From: an uncultured bacterium
GTDB taxonomy: Bacteria > Patescibacteriota > Patescibacteriia > Magasanikbacterales > UBA922
Direction: 5' to 3'
NCBI GenBank assembly: GCA_937861125.1
Contig: CALMAY010000038.1
Span: forward strand, 27,942 to 91,941
Length of the DNA: 64,000 nucleotides
Shown here: positions 7,815 to 17,326 of the stretch, one piece after another
Layout of the letters: every line of letters starts with the position of its first letter
Numbering within the stretch: position 1 is the stretch's first letter
The notes under the pieces: model-generated
What the model was told of the DNA's origin: nothing
What the model saw: the letters and a program-made list of their open reading frames with translations, nothing else
The model's database searches: none
Position numbers and translations under genes: made by a program

Positions 7815-8417
7815 ATGCTTGAACACTTATTTGGTTCAAAGACTCGCGCAGATATGCTGCGTATTTTCTTTCGTGAACCACAAAAAGCGCTGTACGTACG
7901 TGAATTGACACGACTTTTGGATACACAAATCAATGCGGTTCGTCGCGAAATTGAATCGCTGACGTCGCTGGGTTTGTTGATTGAAAAAGAAGCAGATTTG
8001 ACCGCAGCGCTTGCAGCTGGTGAAGCGGGAGCGGCACTGCGGAAGTATTATGTTGTCAACATGGATCATATTCTTTACAACGAGCTTCGTGCGTTGATTT
8101 TACGTTCTCAAATTGTGGATGAACAGGCGCTGCTGAAAGAGTTGCGAGAAAAAGGGGGTACGATTGATATACTTCTTATTACTGGTGTTTTTACGGGAGA
8201 CAAACATGCACCAGTGGATATGTTGATTGTTGGAGATATCAAGCCACAGCGAGTTGCTAAAAGTATTGAAAATTATGAAGCAAGGTTTGGGTCAAGTATA
8301 CGCTATACGACGATGACAAGACAGGAGTTTGTAGATAGACGTCATATGATGGACAAATTCTTGTTTTCGATTCTTGAGGCAGAACATATTTTTATTGTCA
8401 AAGAACTTGATGTCTAG
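7815..8417 (+). CDS. Winged-helix DNA-binding protein with a C-terminal minimal nucleotidyltransferase-like domain.
   Basis: ADMLRIFFREP..YVRELTRLL (wHTH-like) and LLITGVFTGDKHAPVDMLIVGDI (GS/GD...D.D NTase-like motif). Start chosen at the MLEHLFG ATG; the track ORF starts at 7671. Confidence 0.45.
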   Translation: MLEHLFGSKTRADMLRIFFREPQKALYVRELTRLLDTQINAVRREIESLTSLGLLIEKEADLTAALAAGEAGAALRKYYVVNMDHILYNELRALILRSQIVDEQALLKELREKGGTIDILLITGVFTGDKHAPVDMLIVGDIKPQRVAKSIENYEARFGSSIRYTTMTRQEFVDRRHMMDKFLFSILEAEHIFIVKELDV

Positions 8418-8422
8418 TATAT

Positions 8423-8800
8423 ATGTATTTGGTCATTGATTGTACCAAAAAAGAACAGATAGCACTCTCACTTGTCTGTTCTGCGATAGACATACGAATA
8501 TACGAACAGAGTGGTCGTCAGGTGGAATTACTTATGGCGATTCATACATTTTTTACACGTGAGCATATTGAGCCTCGTCAGGTATCTGGCGTGTGTGCGC
8601 TGACAGGAGAGGGGAGTTTTACCTCAAGTCGGTTGGCAGTGCTCTGTGGTAATGTATTTCATTTTGTGTACGGTGTCCCCGTTGTTACAATGAATACACA
8701 AACCATTTGCTCGTTTGATGCGTTATGTACGTTGTTTCGAAATGCAACGGGTGGGTATGTAGTAGCGACATATAGCGGTCTTCCAAATATACGTTCATAA
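8423..8800 (+). CDS. tsaB: Truncated TsaB/YeaZ-like protein (N-terminal domain only).
   Basis: LVIDCTKKEQIALSLV and TGEGSFTSSRLAVLCG align with YeaZ LAIDTATEAVSVALL / GPGSFTGVRIGIGIA; only 125 aa. Confidence 0.55.
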   Translation: MYLVIDCTKKEQIALSLVCSAIDIRIYEQSGRQVELLMAIHTFFTREHIEPRQVSGVCALTGEGSFTSSRLAVLCGNVFHFVYGVPVVTMNTQTICSFDALCTLFRNATGGYVVATYSGLPNIRS

Positions 8801-8803
8801 TAT

Positions 8804-10300
8804 ATGATCACTGAGTATCAACGGTATCGTTTGTATGAAATATTGCCAGGTCTTTCTATCTGGGGGTCTCTTGTACTTGCCTTGGTATTGAGTATTGTGC
8901 ATCCGGTAGCAATGATTTATTTCATTTTATTGTTTGATGTCTATTGGGTACTTAAAGTACTCAACTATGTGTTATATCTTACAATTGCGTGGCGTCGTTT
9001 TACTCGAGCAAAAGCAATTGATTGGACTAAAAAAATGCGTGTGAGTGCACCTGGATATGAGACCAAAAAACATGTGGTCTTTTTGACGTTATATAATGAA
9101 GAATGGGGGGTTATTAAAACAGCGATGGATAGTTTGGTTGCAAGTGTCTATGATCCACAGGTATTTACGATTGTGGTGGCTGGGGAAGCAAGAAAAGAAG
9201 AACATTGTCGTATGATCTATGCACAGATATGTGATACCTTTCGAGGTGCATTTGCTGATATTGTACTCACTATGCATCCTGCCAATCTCTCTGATGAAAT
9301 TCCTGGAAAAGGCTCTAATCTGCATTACAGTGAGACACAGATGAAACATTATATCGATGAGAAAGGCTGGTCATATGACGATGTGATTGTGACATTGTTT
9401 GATATTGATACCGTGTGTCACGTATCTTATTTTTCATATTTGACGTATCTGTATTGTACACATCCACGTCCAACGCGGAGTTCGTATCAACCAATTGCGC
9501 TTTATAATAATAATATGTGGGAATCTCCTGCGGTGTTGCGTATTATGGCGTTTGGAACCACATTTTGGACGATGATGTCACTTGCTCGTCAAGATGGTTT
9601 AGTTACCTTTTCTTCGCATTCGATGAGTTTTCGAGCGCTTGTGGATGCGGGATTTCATGAAAAAAGAATCGTCTCCGAAGATTCACGTATTTTTTATCAA
9701 TGTTTTTTGGCGTATAATGGTGACTATGAAGTGACGCCAATGTATTCACCTGTATCTATGGATACGGTTCGTGATGATAGCTGGTGGCAAAGTATCAAAA
9801 ACTTGTATCTTCAACAGCGTCGTTGGGCATGGGGTGTAGAGCATGTGCCTTTCTTACTTTGGGAATTTCGTAAAAAGGGTAGTGCTATTCCATTGTGGAA
9901 AAAGATGAAATATCTCTTTTTGGAATGGGAAGGAAAATGGTCGTGGTGTATCGTTGCGATTCTTATTACTGTTGTCGGACGTCTACCACTGTGGGTTTCT
10001 GGTGAAGAGGTTCGTCAGAGTGCATTGTGGTTTAATGCGCCACATGTGCTGGGTTTTTTGATGTCGTTGTCAATGATGGGTATGTTTCTCTCGGCAATTT
10101 TAAGTTTACCGCTGCTTCCACCACGACCTGCATCACACCCACTTCATAAATATATATTTATGTTATTACAATGGCTTTTGTTACCAATATCAATTTTGTT
10201 TGTCAGTGCTATTCCGGGTATTGATGCTGCGACACATTTGATGCGAGGGAAATATCTCGGATTTAATGTGTCACAAAAAAAACGAGCTATTTCTTCTTAG
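8804..10300 (+). CDS. Processive family-2 glycosyltransferase (cellulose/chitin-synthase-like), polytopic membrane protein.
   Basis: QQRRW (QxxRW) processive-GT2 signature, DxD-like LFDIDTV motif, multiple TM helices. Confidence 0.7.
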   Translation: MITEYQRYRLYEILPGLSIWGSLVLALVLSIVHPVAMIYFILLFDVYWVLKVLNYVLYLTIAWRRFTRAKAIDWTKKMRVSAPGYETKKHVVFLTLYNEEWGVIKTAMDSLVASVYDPQVFTIVVAGEARKEEHCRMIYAQICDTFRGAFADIVLTMHPANLSDEIPGKGSNLHYSETQMKHYIDEKGWSYDDVIVTLFDIDTVCHVSYFSYLTYLYCTHPRPTRSSYQPIALYNNNMWESPAVLRIMAFGTTFWTMMSLARQDGLVTFSSHSMSFRALVDAGFHEKRIVSEDSRIFYQCFLAYNGDYEVTPMYSPVSMDTVRDDSWWQSIKNLYLQQRRWAWGVEHVPFLLWEFRKKGSAIPLWKKMKYLFLEWEGKWSWCIVAILITVVGRLPLWVSGEEVRQSALWFNAPHVLGFLMSLSMMGMFLSAILSLPLLPPRPASHPLHKYIFMLLQWLLLPISILFVSAIPGIDAATHLMRGKYLGFNVSQKKRAISS

Positions 10301-10306
10301 ATTTGT

Positions 10307-11761
10307 ATGAGACACACACGATATATTATTGTTGCAATTATCTGTTTTGTTTTGACACTCGTATCACTGGGTGTATATGGTGCATATACAATGATGCGTC
10401 AATTGACACCAGCAGAAGTGCTCAAAAGTGAGACAGCACGCAACTTTATACGCGATAACCTTCCAGAAGATAAAAAAGTGTTTTTTGATTTACTTCCAGA
10501 CTTATTGGGACTTGAGGCACCAAAGACATATCTTGTTTTATTTCAAAACAATACGGAGTTGCGACCTACTGGTGGATTCATTGGATCATTTGCTGTGATA
10601 CGTGTTTACAAAGGATCATTTGAATTGCTTTCCGTACAGGGGACCGAACAACTTGATTGGCGTACACTCCCGTCTACTGCTCAAAAACCACCCCAACCTA
10701 TTTTGGAGTATCTAGATGTGCCATATTGGTATAGTCGTGATGCAAATTGGTCTCCTGATTTTCGTGTGGCAGTGCCAGATATATTGCGTTTGTATACACA
10801 AGAAGATGGGCCGTATGCGGGTGAAATTGATATGGTGGTGGCAATTACTGCGAGTGTACTTGAAGATGTATTGGCGGATATAGGACCGCTTGAGGTAGAG
10901 GGTCAGACATTTACCGCACAAAATGCGATTGATGTATTGCAGTATGATACGTCATTTGGGTATGCCGATCGTAATATTCCTTGGCAAGATAGAAAACGTA
11001 TGATTGATATATTATCTGCTGAGATTATTCAGCGTATTACGGATGATCCGATTGGGTTGGCGCCAAAGTTGGTATCTACATTAAGTGTTCGTGCGCGTGA
11101 GGGACATGTAGTGCTCTATAGTGTTGATGATGTATTACAGTCTCAATTTGAAGCACAACAAATTGCTGGACGCGTGCTGTCATCAGGTGGTGATGCACTG
11201 ATGTGGGTAGATGCTAATCTAGCTGCACTCAAGACAGATCAAGCAATTAAACGTTCGCTCATATATGCATTACATCAAGACAAGAATTCAAAAGAATGGA
11301 TTGGTACAGCAACAATGCACTATGTACATACAAAAGATTTTGATTGGAAGACGACACGGTATTTGACATACGCACGTGTATTTGTGCCGCAAGGTGCGCA
11401 GATCAAACGAGTCTATACAACACTCAATGGAGGGGAGCAAAAAGACGTAGATATGAAGAAAGTTTCAGGAGGCGTTGAATTGGGAAAACAATGGTTTGGG
11501 TATTATTATTTTTTGGAACCAAAACAGACTGGAACGTTGACATTTGAGTATTCTCTTCCAAAACAGGTGATCACAAAACCGTATACACTTTTTGTTCAAA
11601 AGCAACTTGGTACAGAAGCACATGGTTTGACGCTCGACCTACAATTTGATACAAAGATACAGACAGCAACCCCAGGTGAAACAAAAGATAAGTGGGGGGA
11701 TGCTCGATACCAATATACTACCGATCTTCGGGTAAGTAGGGAGGTACAGGTTGGCTTTTAA
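10307..11761 (+). CDS. DUF4012 domain-containing membrane-anchored protein.
   Basis: Hallmark LFQNNTELRPTGGFIGSFAVI motif of DUF4012 after a single N-terminal TM helix. Confidence 0.65.
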   Translation: MRHTRYIIVAIICFVLTLVSLGVYGAYTMMRQLTPAEVLKSETARNFIRDNLPEDKKVFFDLLPDLLGLEAPKTYLVLFQNNTELRPTGGFIGSFAVIRVYKGSFELLSVQGTEQLDWRTLPSTAQKPPQPILEYLDVPYWYSRDANWSPDFRVAVPDILRLYTQEDGPYAGEIDMVVAITASVLEDVLADIGPLEVEGQTFTAQNAIDVLQYDTSFGYADRNIPWQDRKRMIDILSAEIIQRITDDPIGLAPKLVSTLSVRAREGHVVLYSVDDVLQSQFEAQQIAGRVLSSGGDALMWVDANLAALKTDQAIKRSLIYALHQDKNSKEWIGTATMHYVHTKDFDWKTTRYLTYARVFVPQGAQIKRVYTTLNGGEQKDVDMKKVSGGVELGKQWFGYYYFLEPKQTGTLTFEYSLPKQVITKPYTLFVQKQLGTEAHGLTLDLQFDTKIQTATPGETKDKWGDARYQYTTDLRVSREVQVGF

Positions 11762-12776
11762 ACTGCATATGTTAATCAAAAAAGTTGCAATTGATTTGGG
11801 AACCACCAACGTGCTGGTCTATGTACCAAAGCGCGGTATTGTGATCAATGAACCGTCGGTGGTAGCAATTTCTAAAGAAGATAAAAAAGTGTTGGCGGTA
11901 GGTGTTGAGGCAAAGGATATGATTGGTCGTACTCCCGATATGATTATTGCTGAGCGTCCACTCAAAGATGGTGTGATCGCCAACTATCGTACGACTGAGG
12001 CAATGTTGCGGTATTTTATCAACAAAGCACTTGGTGGTGTGCGCCTCTTTCGTCCTGAGGTAATGGTAGCTGTTCCTGGTGGTATTACTAGTACAGAGCG
12101 TCGTGCGGTGATGGAAGCAGCAATGGCTGCGGGTGCACGAGCAGCCTATATTATCAAAGAACCGATTGTGGCGGCGATTGGAGCAGATATTCCGATTGGA
12201 TCTGCGTCGGGAAATATGATTATTGATATTGGTGGTGGTACCGCTGAGATTGCTGTCATTTCACTCGGTGGCATTGTGACAAGTGGATCTGTTCGTATTG
12301 GGGGGACAAGACTTGATGCGTCGATTGGTGAGTATATTCGTCGAAAATATGGTCTAGCAATCGGTGAACGTACGGCTGAAGAAGTAAAGATCAAAGTGGG
12401 TTCAGCTATGTATATGGATAAATCACTGACCATGGAGGTCAAGGGGCGTGATATGATTTCCGGATTACCTCGTACAATGACTATTTCAAGTAATGATATT
12501 ACTGAGGCGCTACAACATGATTTGGAAGGGTTAATTGATGCGATCAAAGACGTGCTCCATCGTACACCACCAGAGCTCTCTGCTGATGTAATGGAAAAGG
12601 GGATTGTGATGAGTGGAGGAAGTAGTCAACTGCGCAATCTTGATGAGCTTGTCTCTCAGGCGACTGGTGTAGCCTGTTATGTGGCGGATGAGCCGCTGCT
12701 CTGTGTGGCCAAAGGGACTGGTATTGCTCTGGAGAATTTGGATAGTTATAAACGTAGTATTTTGGCGACACGTTAG
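11751..12776 (+). CDS. mreB: Rod shape-determining actin homolog MreB.
   Basis: AIDLGTTN, ERPLKDGVIA, DIGGGTAEIAV and GIVMSGGSS actin-fold motifs; an alternative start at 11769 is possible. Confidence 0.9.
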   Translation: MAFKLHMLIKKVAIDLGTTNVLVYVPKRGIVINEPSVVAISKEDKKVLAVGVEAKDMIGRTPDMIIAERPLKDGVIANYRTTEAMLRYFINKALGGVRLFRPEVMVAVPGGITSTERRAVMEAAMAAGARAAYIIKEPIVAAIGADIPIGSASGNMIIDIGGGTAEIAVISLGGIVTSGSVRIGGTRLDASIGEYIRRKYGLAIGERTAEEVKIKVGSAMYMDKSLTMEVKGRDMISGLPRTMTISSNDITEALQHDLEGLIDAIKDVLHRTPPELSADVMEKGIVMSGGSSQLRNLDELVSQATGVACYVADEPLLCVAKGTGIALENLDSYKRSILATR

Positions 12777-12786
12777 AGAGAATCAT

Positions 12787-13908
12787 ATGGTGATTGGTAT
12801 TGCAATGTACACCGCAAACACCATAGAACGTACCGGGGTGGCCTGGTATGTTTTTCATTTGGTAAAACAGCTTGCTTTGTTGTGTCCGTCAGGTGTTACC
12901 TTTCGTTTGTATGTCGATCGTCCGTTGGTCGCCGATTTTTTTCCATTGCCAGATTGTGTAGAAGTAAGAGTACTACGTCATCCTTTGAAATATGCGTGGA
13001 CACATACTCGATTGTCGTACGAATTATGGCGACATCCTGTGGATGTGCTTTTTGTTCCGTCTCATGTTCTTCCATTATTTTGTCGTATACCGATGGTGAT
13101 GACAATTCATGATGTTGCTGCGATGCATTTACCACAAACATATTCTTTTGCACAACGATGGTATACGATTACGAGTGCACGATTTGCGTTGAAGCGAGCC
13201 AAAGCAGTTATTGTGCCATCTCTCGCGACCAAAAAAGATTTAGAACAATTGATACCAGTGAGTACTGCACGTGTTACGATGGTCCCACTCGCTGTCGATA
13301 CCCAGCAACATTGTGTCGCTTCTCCAGAGGCGGTGAAAACAGTGTTGTCTGAATTGAATATTATTGTGCCGTACTTTTTGTTCGTCGGGAGATTAGAGAG
13401 TAAGAAAAATGTTCAAGGGATTTTGCGGGCGTACGAAGTGTTTCGTCGTCTGAACACATCGTGTGTTCAGTTGGTGTTGGTAGGAAAACGTGGTGTGGGG
13501 TATGAGGAGATTGAGCAGCTGTTTCAAAACCATCCATACAAAAATGACATCATTCTCAAAGAGGGTTGGATAGAACAAGAGAAAGTACAAGCGCTCTATA
13601 CTGGTGCGACTGTTTGTGTGTATCCGAGTTTGTACGAAGGGTTTGGACTCAATGTGCTAGAGTCTTTGTCATATGGCGTGCCTGTGATTGTGAGTGATTC
13701 TGGGTCACTGTCTGAGTTGGGTGGTGACTGTGTGGTGCGCGTTTCGGCGTCAGATACTGAAGCGATTGCGCGGGCTATGGCTACTGTATGTACCGATACT
13801 GCATTTCTCGTACATGTAAAGCAAGATGGTCCGGAGTATGTGAAAACGTATATCTGGGAGCGTACCGCAGTAGAAACGTTACAGGTTTTGACGAACGTGG
13901 TAACATAG
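12787..13908 (+). CDS. Glycosyltransferase family 4 (GT-B, retaining).
   Basis: EGFGLNVLESLSYGVPVIVSDSGSLSEL is the GT4 E-x7-E region; start taken at the MVIGIAMYT ATG (the track ORF starts at 12679 inside mreB). Confidence 0.7.
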   Translation: MVIGIAMYTANTIERTGVAWYVFHLVKQLALLCPSGVTFRLYVDRPLVADFFPLPDCVEVRVLRHPLKYAWTHTRLSYELWRHPVDVLFVPSHVLPLFCRIPMVMTIHDVAAMHLPQTYSFAQRWYTITSARFALKRAKAVIVPSLATKKDLEQLIPVSTARVTMVPLAVDTQQHCVASPEAVKTVLSELNIIVPYFLFVGRLESKKNVQGILRAYEVFRRLNTSCVQLVLVGKRGVGYEEIEQLFQNHPYKNDIILKEGWIEQEKVQALYTGATVCVYPSLYEGFGLNVLESLSYGVPVIVSDSGSLSELGGDCVVRVSASDTEAIARAMATVCTDTAFLVHVKQDGPEYVKTYIWERTAVETLQVLTNVVT

Positions 13909-13914
13909 TGTTGT

Positions 13915-14790
13915 ATGGAACATATTATTGGTAATACACATATTGTTTCTTTGTTTGAGCGTTTGTTACAAAACGGTCAACTTGGTCATGCATATTGTTT
14001 GGTGGGGCCAGCACATATTGGAAAACACACGATAGCATGTGAGGTTGCGGCTCAGTATTTGGGTACGACCTCAGTACAGCTGCGTATGCACCCAGATATG
14101 TTTGAGTTATCCCCCGAAGACAAAGAAAATGGCAAGATAAAAATAGAAGTAGTTCGGAGTTGTAAAGAATTTCTTTCCCATACATCTGTGCATGGACGTG
14201 GATTGGTGGTGCTTATCGATGATGCGCACACATTGACAGATGAAGCGGCCAATGCGTTATTGAAGTCTATTGAAGAGCCACCCAAGAAAACATTGTTTTT
14301 GTTAGTAACTCCATTTGAATCGCTATTGCCACAGACTATCCGTTCTCGATGTCAGATACTTCAGTGTACGACTGTAGGGAGAGAGGAAATAATTCAGGCA
14401 CTTGTCACACGTGGTACATCTTTAGATGACGCACATATGTATGCGTCATGTGCGGATGGGCGTGTTGGTGTTGCGTTTGGGTGTGCAAGCTCTTTTGATG
14501 TGTATACACAGATCAATGGGTGTCGTATACAGAGTGAACGCTTGCGTCATGCACCGTTGTATGAGAAAATACAAGTAGTCCAAGATGTGACTGACGATGA
14601 GATAGTGTCGCTTTCTGAGCGAATTGCCTGCTGGTGTGTGGCAGATATGCAATATGTTCGTACAGAGATAATTCGTACGGGTACAATTGATACGGCGGTG
14701 TTAGACTATGTGTGTGGTTATCCAAAATTATTAGAAACATTGAGAACAAATACAAATAAACAACTTACTCTTGAACAATTTGTTTTTTAG
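13915..14790 (+). CDS. holB: DNA polymerase III delta-prime subunit.
   Basis: GHAYCLVGPAHIGKHT P-loop-like box, and SRCQ. Confidence 0.8.
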   Translation: MEHIIGNTHIVSLFERLLQNGQLGHAYCLVGPAHIGKHTIACEVAAQYLGTTSVQLRMHPDMFELSPEDKENGKIKIEVVRSCKEFLSHTSVHGRGLVVLIDDAHTLTDEAANALLKSIEEPPKKTLFLLVTPFESLLPQTIRSRCQILQCTTVGREEIIQALVTRGTSLDDAHMYASCADGRVGVAFGCASSFDVYTQINGCRIQSERLRHAPLYEKIQVVQDVTDDEIVSLSERIACWCVADMQYVRTEIIRTGTIDTAVLDYVCGYPKLLETLRTNTNKQLTLEQFVF

Positions 14791-14798
14791 CTTTTATA

Positions 14799-15884
14799 TT
14801 GTGTATGCGTCGTTATCTTTTCCTTGCTATCATCTGTGCATTACCACTGTTAGGTGCTGGATGTTTATCTGTTGATAAACAGACCAAGACAACTGGTCCA
14901 GCAGGTATGTTTGTTTCTGCAGATAAAGGGGATAACTGGAAGCAGTCTTCCGCAATGCCCACCCTCAAAGGAGTAACGCAACTTGATGGCGTGAGTGTGT
15001 ATCGTATGTTTGAAGATCCAAGTGATCCAAAAGCACTTTACTGGGCATCTCGAGGTGAGGGATTTTTTTATAGTTATGATGACGGTACGACGTGGCAACA
15101 TGCTAAAGCGCCGTTGAATACTGGGATTGTATACAGTATATCAGTTGATCCGGCAGATACGTGTACGGTGTATGTGACAAATGGTAGTAAGCTATACAAA
15201 ACAACAGATTGTAGTCGTAACTGGACTGAAGTATATCGTGAAGATCGTGATATCGCACGCATTGCAACAGTCTATGTGGATAGAATCAAAAATAATCGTG
15301 TATATTTAGGAAAAGCAAATGGAGAATTGCTTGTTTCAAATGATGGTGGTGCGAGTTGGACAATGTTGAAACAATTTACCAAAAAAGCACGTATTACTCA
15401 TCTCGTGGCTGATTCTGTGGATCCAAAAATATTATATCTTGCCACACTCACTGATGGATTGTATCGATCAGTAGATAGTGGGGAGACGTGGACCCATTTG
15501 ATTGACCCAATTAAAAAGTTTTCAAAAGCAACAAATTTTCGTCGATTGGTCGTACATCCAAAACAACAATCAACCCTCTTTTGGGTTTCTGAATATGGAA
15601 TTCTCAAAACAACAAATGGAGGAGATAGTTGGGAAGGGTTGAAATTAGTTACACCTCCTGGGAGTGTTCCAATCTATGCATTTGGTATGAGTGCTCAAAA
15701 TGAAAAAGAGATGTATTATACGACATTTCAAAATGGCCGTACTACATTTTATAAAACCGATGATGGTGGTCAGTCTTGGAGCACGCGCAAGCTTCCAAGT
15801 GGGCAGATACCTACCTTCTTGCGTGTTCATCCAGAAGATGATAGTATCGTCTTTGTTGGGTTTTCAATTCCACCTAAAAAATAA
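14799..15884 (+). CDS. BNR/Asp-box repeat lipoprotein (sialidase-like beta-propeller, Ycf48-like).
   Basis: Signal peptide with LLGAGC lipobox; six Asp-box repeats (SADKGDNW, SYDDGTTW, SNDGGASW, SVDSGETW, TTNGGDSW, TDDGGQSW). Confidence 0.7.
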   Translation: MCMRRYLFLAIICALPLLGAGCLSVDKQTKTTGPAGMFVSADKGDNWKQSSAMPTLKGVTQLDGVSVYRMFEDPSDPKALYWASRGEGFFYSYDDGTTWQHAKAPLNTGIVYSISVDPADTCTVYVTNGSKLYKTTDCSRNWTEVYREDRDIARIATVYVDRIKNNRVYLGKANGELLVSNDGGASWTMLKQFTKKARITHLVADSVDPKILYLATLTDGLYRSVDSGETWTHLIDPIKKFSKATNFRRLVVHPKQQSTLFWVSEYGILKTTNGGDSWEGLKLVTPPGSVPIYAFGMSAQNEKEMYYTTFQNGRTTFYKTDDGGQSWSTRKLPSGQIPTFLRVHPEDDSIVFVGFSIPPKK

Positions 15885-15899
15885 TGAATTATATATTAT

Positions 15900-16451
15900 A
15901 TGAGCATGTTATCCGTATTTAAAGAACAGATGCAGAACGCTATTGATCATTTAAAAAAAGAGGTTGCGACACTTCGTACCGGTCGTGCTACTCCAGCTAT
16001 TGTTGAGGACGTTTCTATCGAAGCGTATGGTATGCGTCAGCCACTGAAAGCACTAGCTTCTATTAGTATTTTGGATGCAAAAACATTGCAGGTAGAGCCA
16101 TGGGACAAATCACAGATGCAGGCGATTGATTCTGGTATTCGTGCTGGTAACCTTGGGTTTAACCCGGTCAATGATGGAAAGGTGATTCGTATTTCACTTC
16201 CAGACCTTACTGCGGATCGTCGTCAGGAGCTTATTAAAGTACTCAATCGCAAACTAGAAGAAGCACGGGTATCAATTCGTCAGGTACGTGAAGATGCACG
16301 TACAGAGATTGGTAATGCGGTAGATGAGAAGTTGTTGTCTGAGGATGAAAAGTTTAAGCATTTTGATGATATCGAAAAAATGACCAAAGAGTTCAATGAA
16401 ATGACACGAGCAATTGGCGAAGAAAAAGAAAAAGAGATTTTGACTGTGTAA
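15900..16451 (+). CDS. frr: Ribosome recycling factor.
   Basis: Typical RRF length and sequence (LRTGRA, VEPWD). Confidence 0.9.
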   Translation: MSMLSVFKEQMQNAIDHLKKEVATLRTGRATPAIVEDVSIEAYGMRQPLKALASISILDAKTLQVEPWDKSQMQAIDSGIRAGNLGFNPVNDGKVIRISLPDLTADRRQELIKVLNRKLEEARVSIRQVREDARTEIGNAVDEKLLSEDEKFKHFDDIEKMTKEFNEMTRAIGEEKEKEILTV

Positions 16452-16455
16452 CGAT

Positions 16456-16902
16456 ATGCGTTGTGTACTGCAAAAAGTTACACGCGCACAGGTAACTGTG
16501 AATCAAAAAACCGTTGGCGACATTGCCCACGGTTTTGTTCTTTTGCTTGGTGTGACGCATACTGATACTCACAAAGATGTTGAGTATTTAGCCGAAAAAA
16601 TATTGAAGTTACGACTGTTTGCTGATCTTGGGAGTGATACGTTTATGGAGAAAAATATTATTGAAGTTGGTGGAAGTATTTTGATAGTGTCACAATTTAC
16701 ACTGTATGGTGATTGTTCGAAAGGGACGCGACCGAGCTTTACAGATGCTGCCAAGCCCGATGTGGCAAAACCACTCTATGAACACTTCGTTTCGTACATG
16801 CGAGAAAAGGTGGTTGAGGTACAGACAGGGGAGTTTGGTGCACACATGGATGTATCGCTGACAAATGATGGGCCTATTACTCTGGTATTAGAATCAAAAT
16901 AA
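16456..16902 (+). CDS. dtd: D-aminoacyl-tRNA deacylase.
   Basis: SQFTLYGD and NDGPITL motifs. Confidence 0.9.
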   Translation: MRCVLQKVTRAQVTVNQKTVGDIAHGFVLLLGVTHTDTHKDVEYLAEKILKLRLFADLGSDTFMEKNIIEVGGSILIVSQFTLYGDCSKGTRPSFTDAAKPDVAKPLYEHFVSYMREKVVEVQTGEFGAHMDVSLTNDGPITLVLESK

Positions 16903-16931
16903 AAACACCCCATATATATCGGGGTGTTTTT
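16901..16931. terminator. Bidirectional intrinsic terminator after dtd.
   Basis: AAAA-ACACCCC-ATATATATC-GGGGTGT-TTTT. Confidence 0.7.
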
Positions 16932-16932
16932 A

Positions 16933-17319
16933 TTATAGCAAAGGACTTTTCTCGGACTGCCAGTATTCTCGCAGAGATGCAATTTTTTCATCTCTGATTT
17001 CCATAATCGCCACTTCTTTCATGTGGACGCGAACGTGGTCGGTATTGTTGTCAAACCAGGCTTCCCATTCAGCGATGAGTGTATCCTCTATAGTGTAGTA
17101 GGTGAGAAGTTTGAATTCGATGTTGGATTGTTCTGTACATACCTTGCTATTCCAGTAGGCGGCGATTTCACTATGTCCGCGCATTGGTTCTCTGAGAACA
17201 CGTTCATGGTATGTTCCATCTTCTGTAAAGATGCTCAAGATTTTTGGTGTGTCTTGTGTTGTCCATGCTTCGCTGTATGTGTGAAGAAGTGTTTCTGCTT
17301 GTGTTTGTGTGAGTGACAT
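16933..17319 (-). CDS. NTF2-like/SnoaL-like domain protein.
   Basis: Small alpha+beta cone-type sequence. Start taken at MSLTQTQ; the longer track ORF reaching 17424 would overlap the HD gene. Confidence 0.45.
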   Translation of the reverse strand: MSLTQTQAETLLHTYSEAWTTQDTPKILSIFTEDGTYHERVLREPMRGHSEIAAYWNSKVCTEQSNIEFKLLTYYTIEDTLIAEWEAWFDNNTDHVRVHMKEVAIMEIRDEKIASLREYWQSEKSPLL

Positions 17320-17326
17320 AGTATGT

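Noticed and set aside
12679-12786. Long N-terminal extension of the GT4 gene (track start 12679) overlapping the end of mreB.
   Set aside because: The extension is Trp/Arg-rich with no similarity and overlaps a conserved gene by about 100 nt. The ATG at 12787 gives the canonical GT4 N-terminus.
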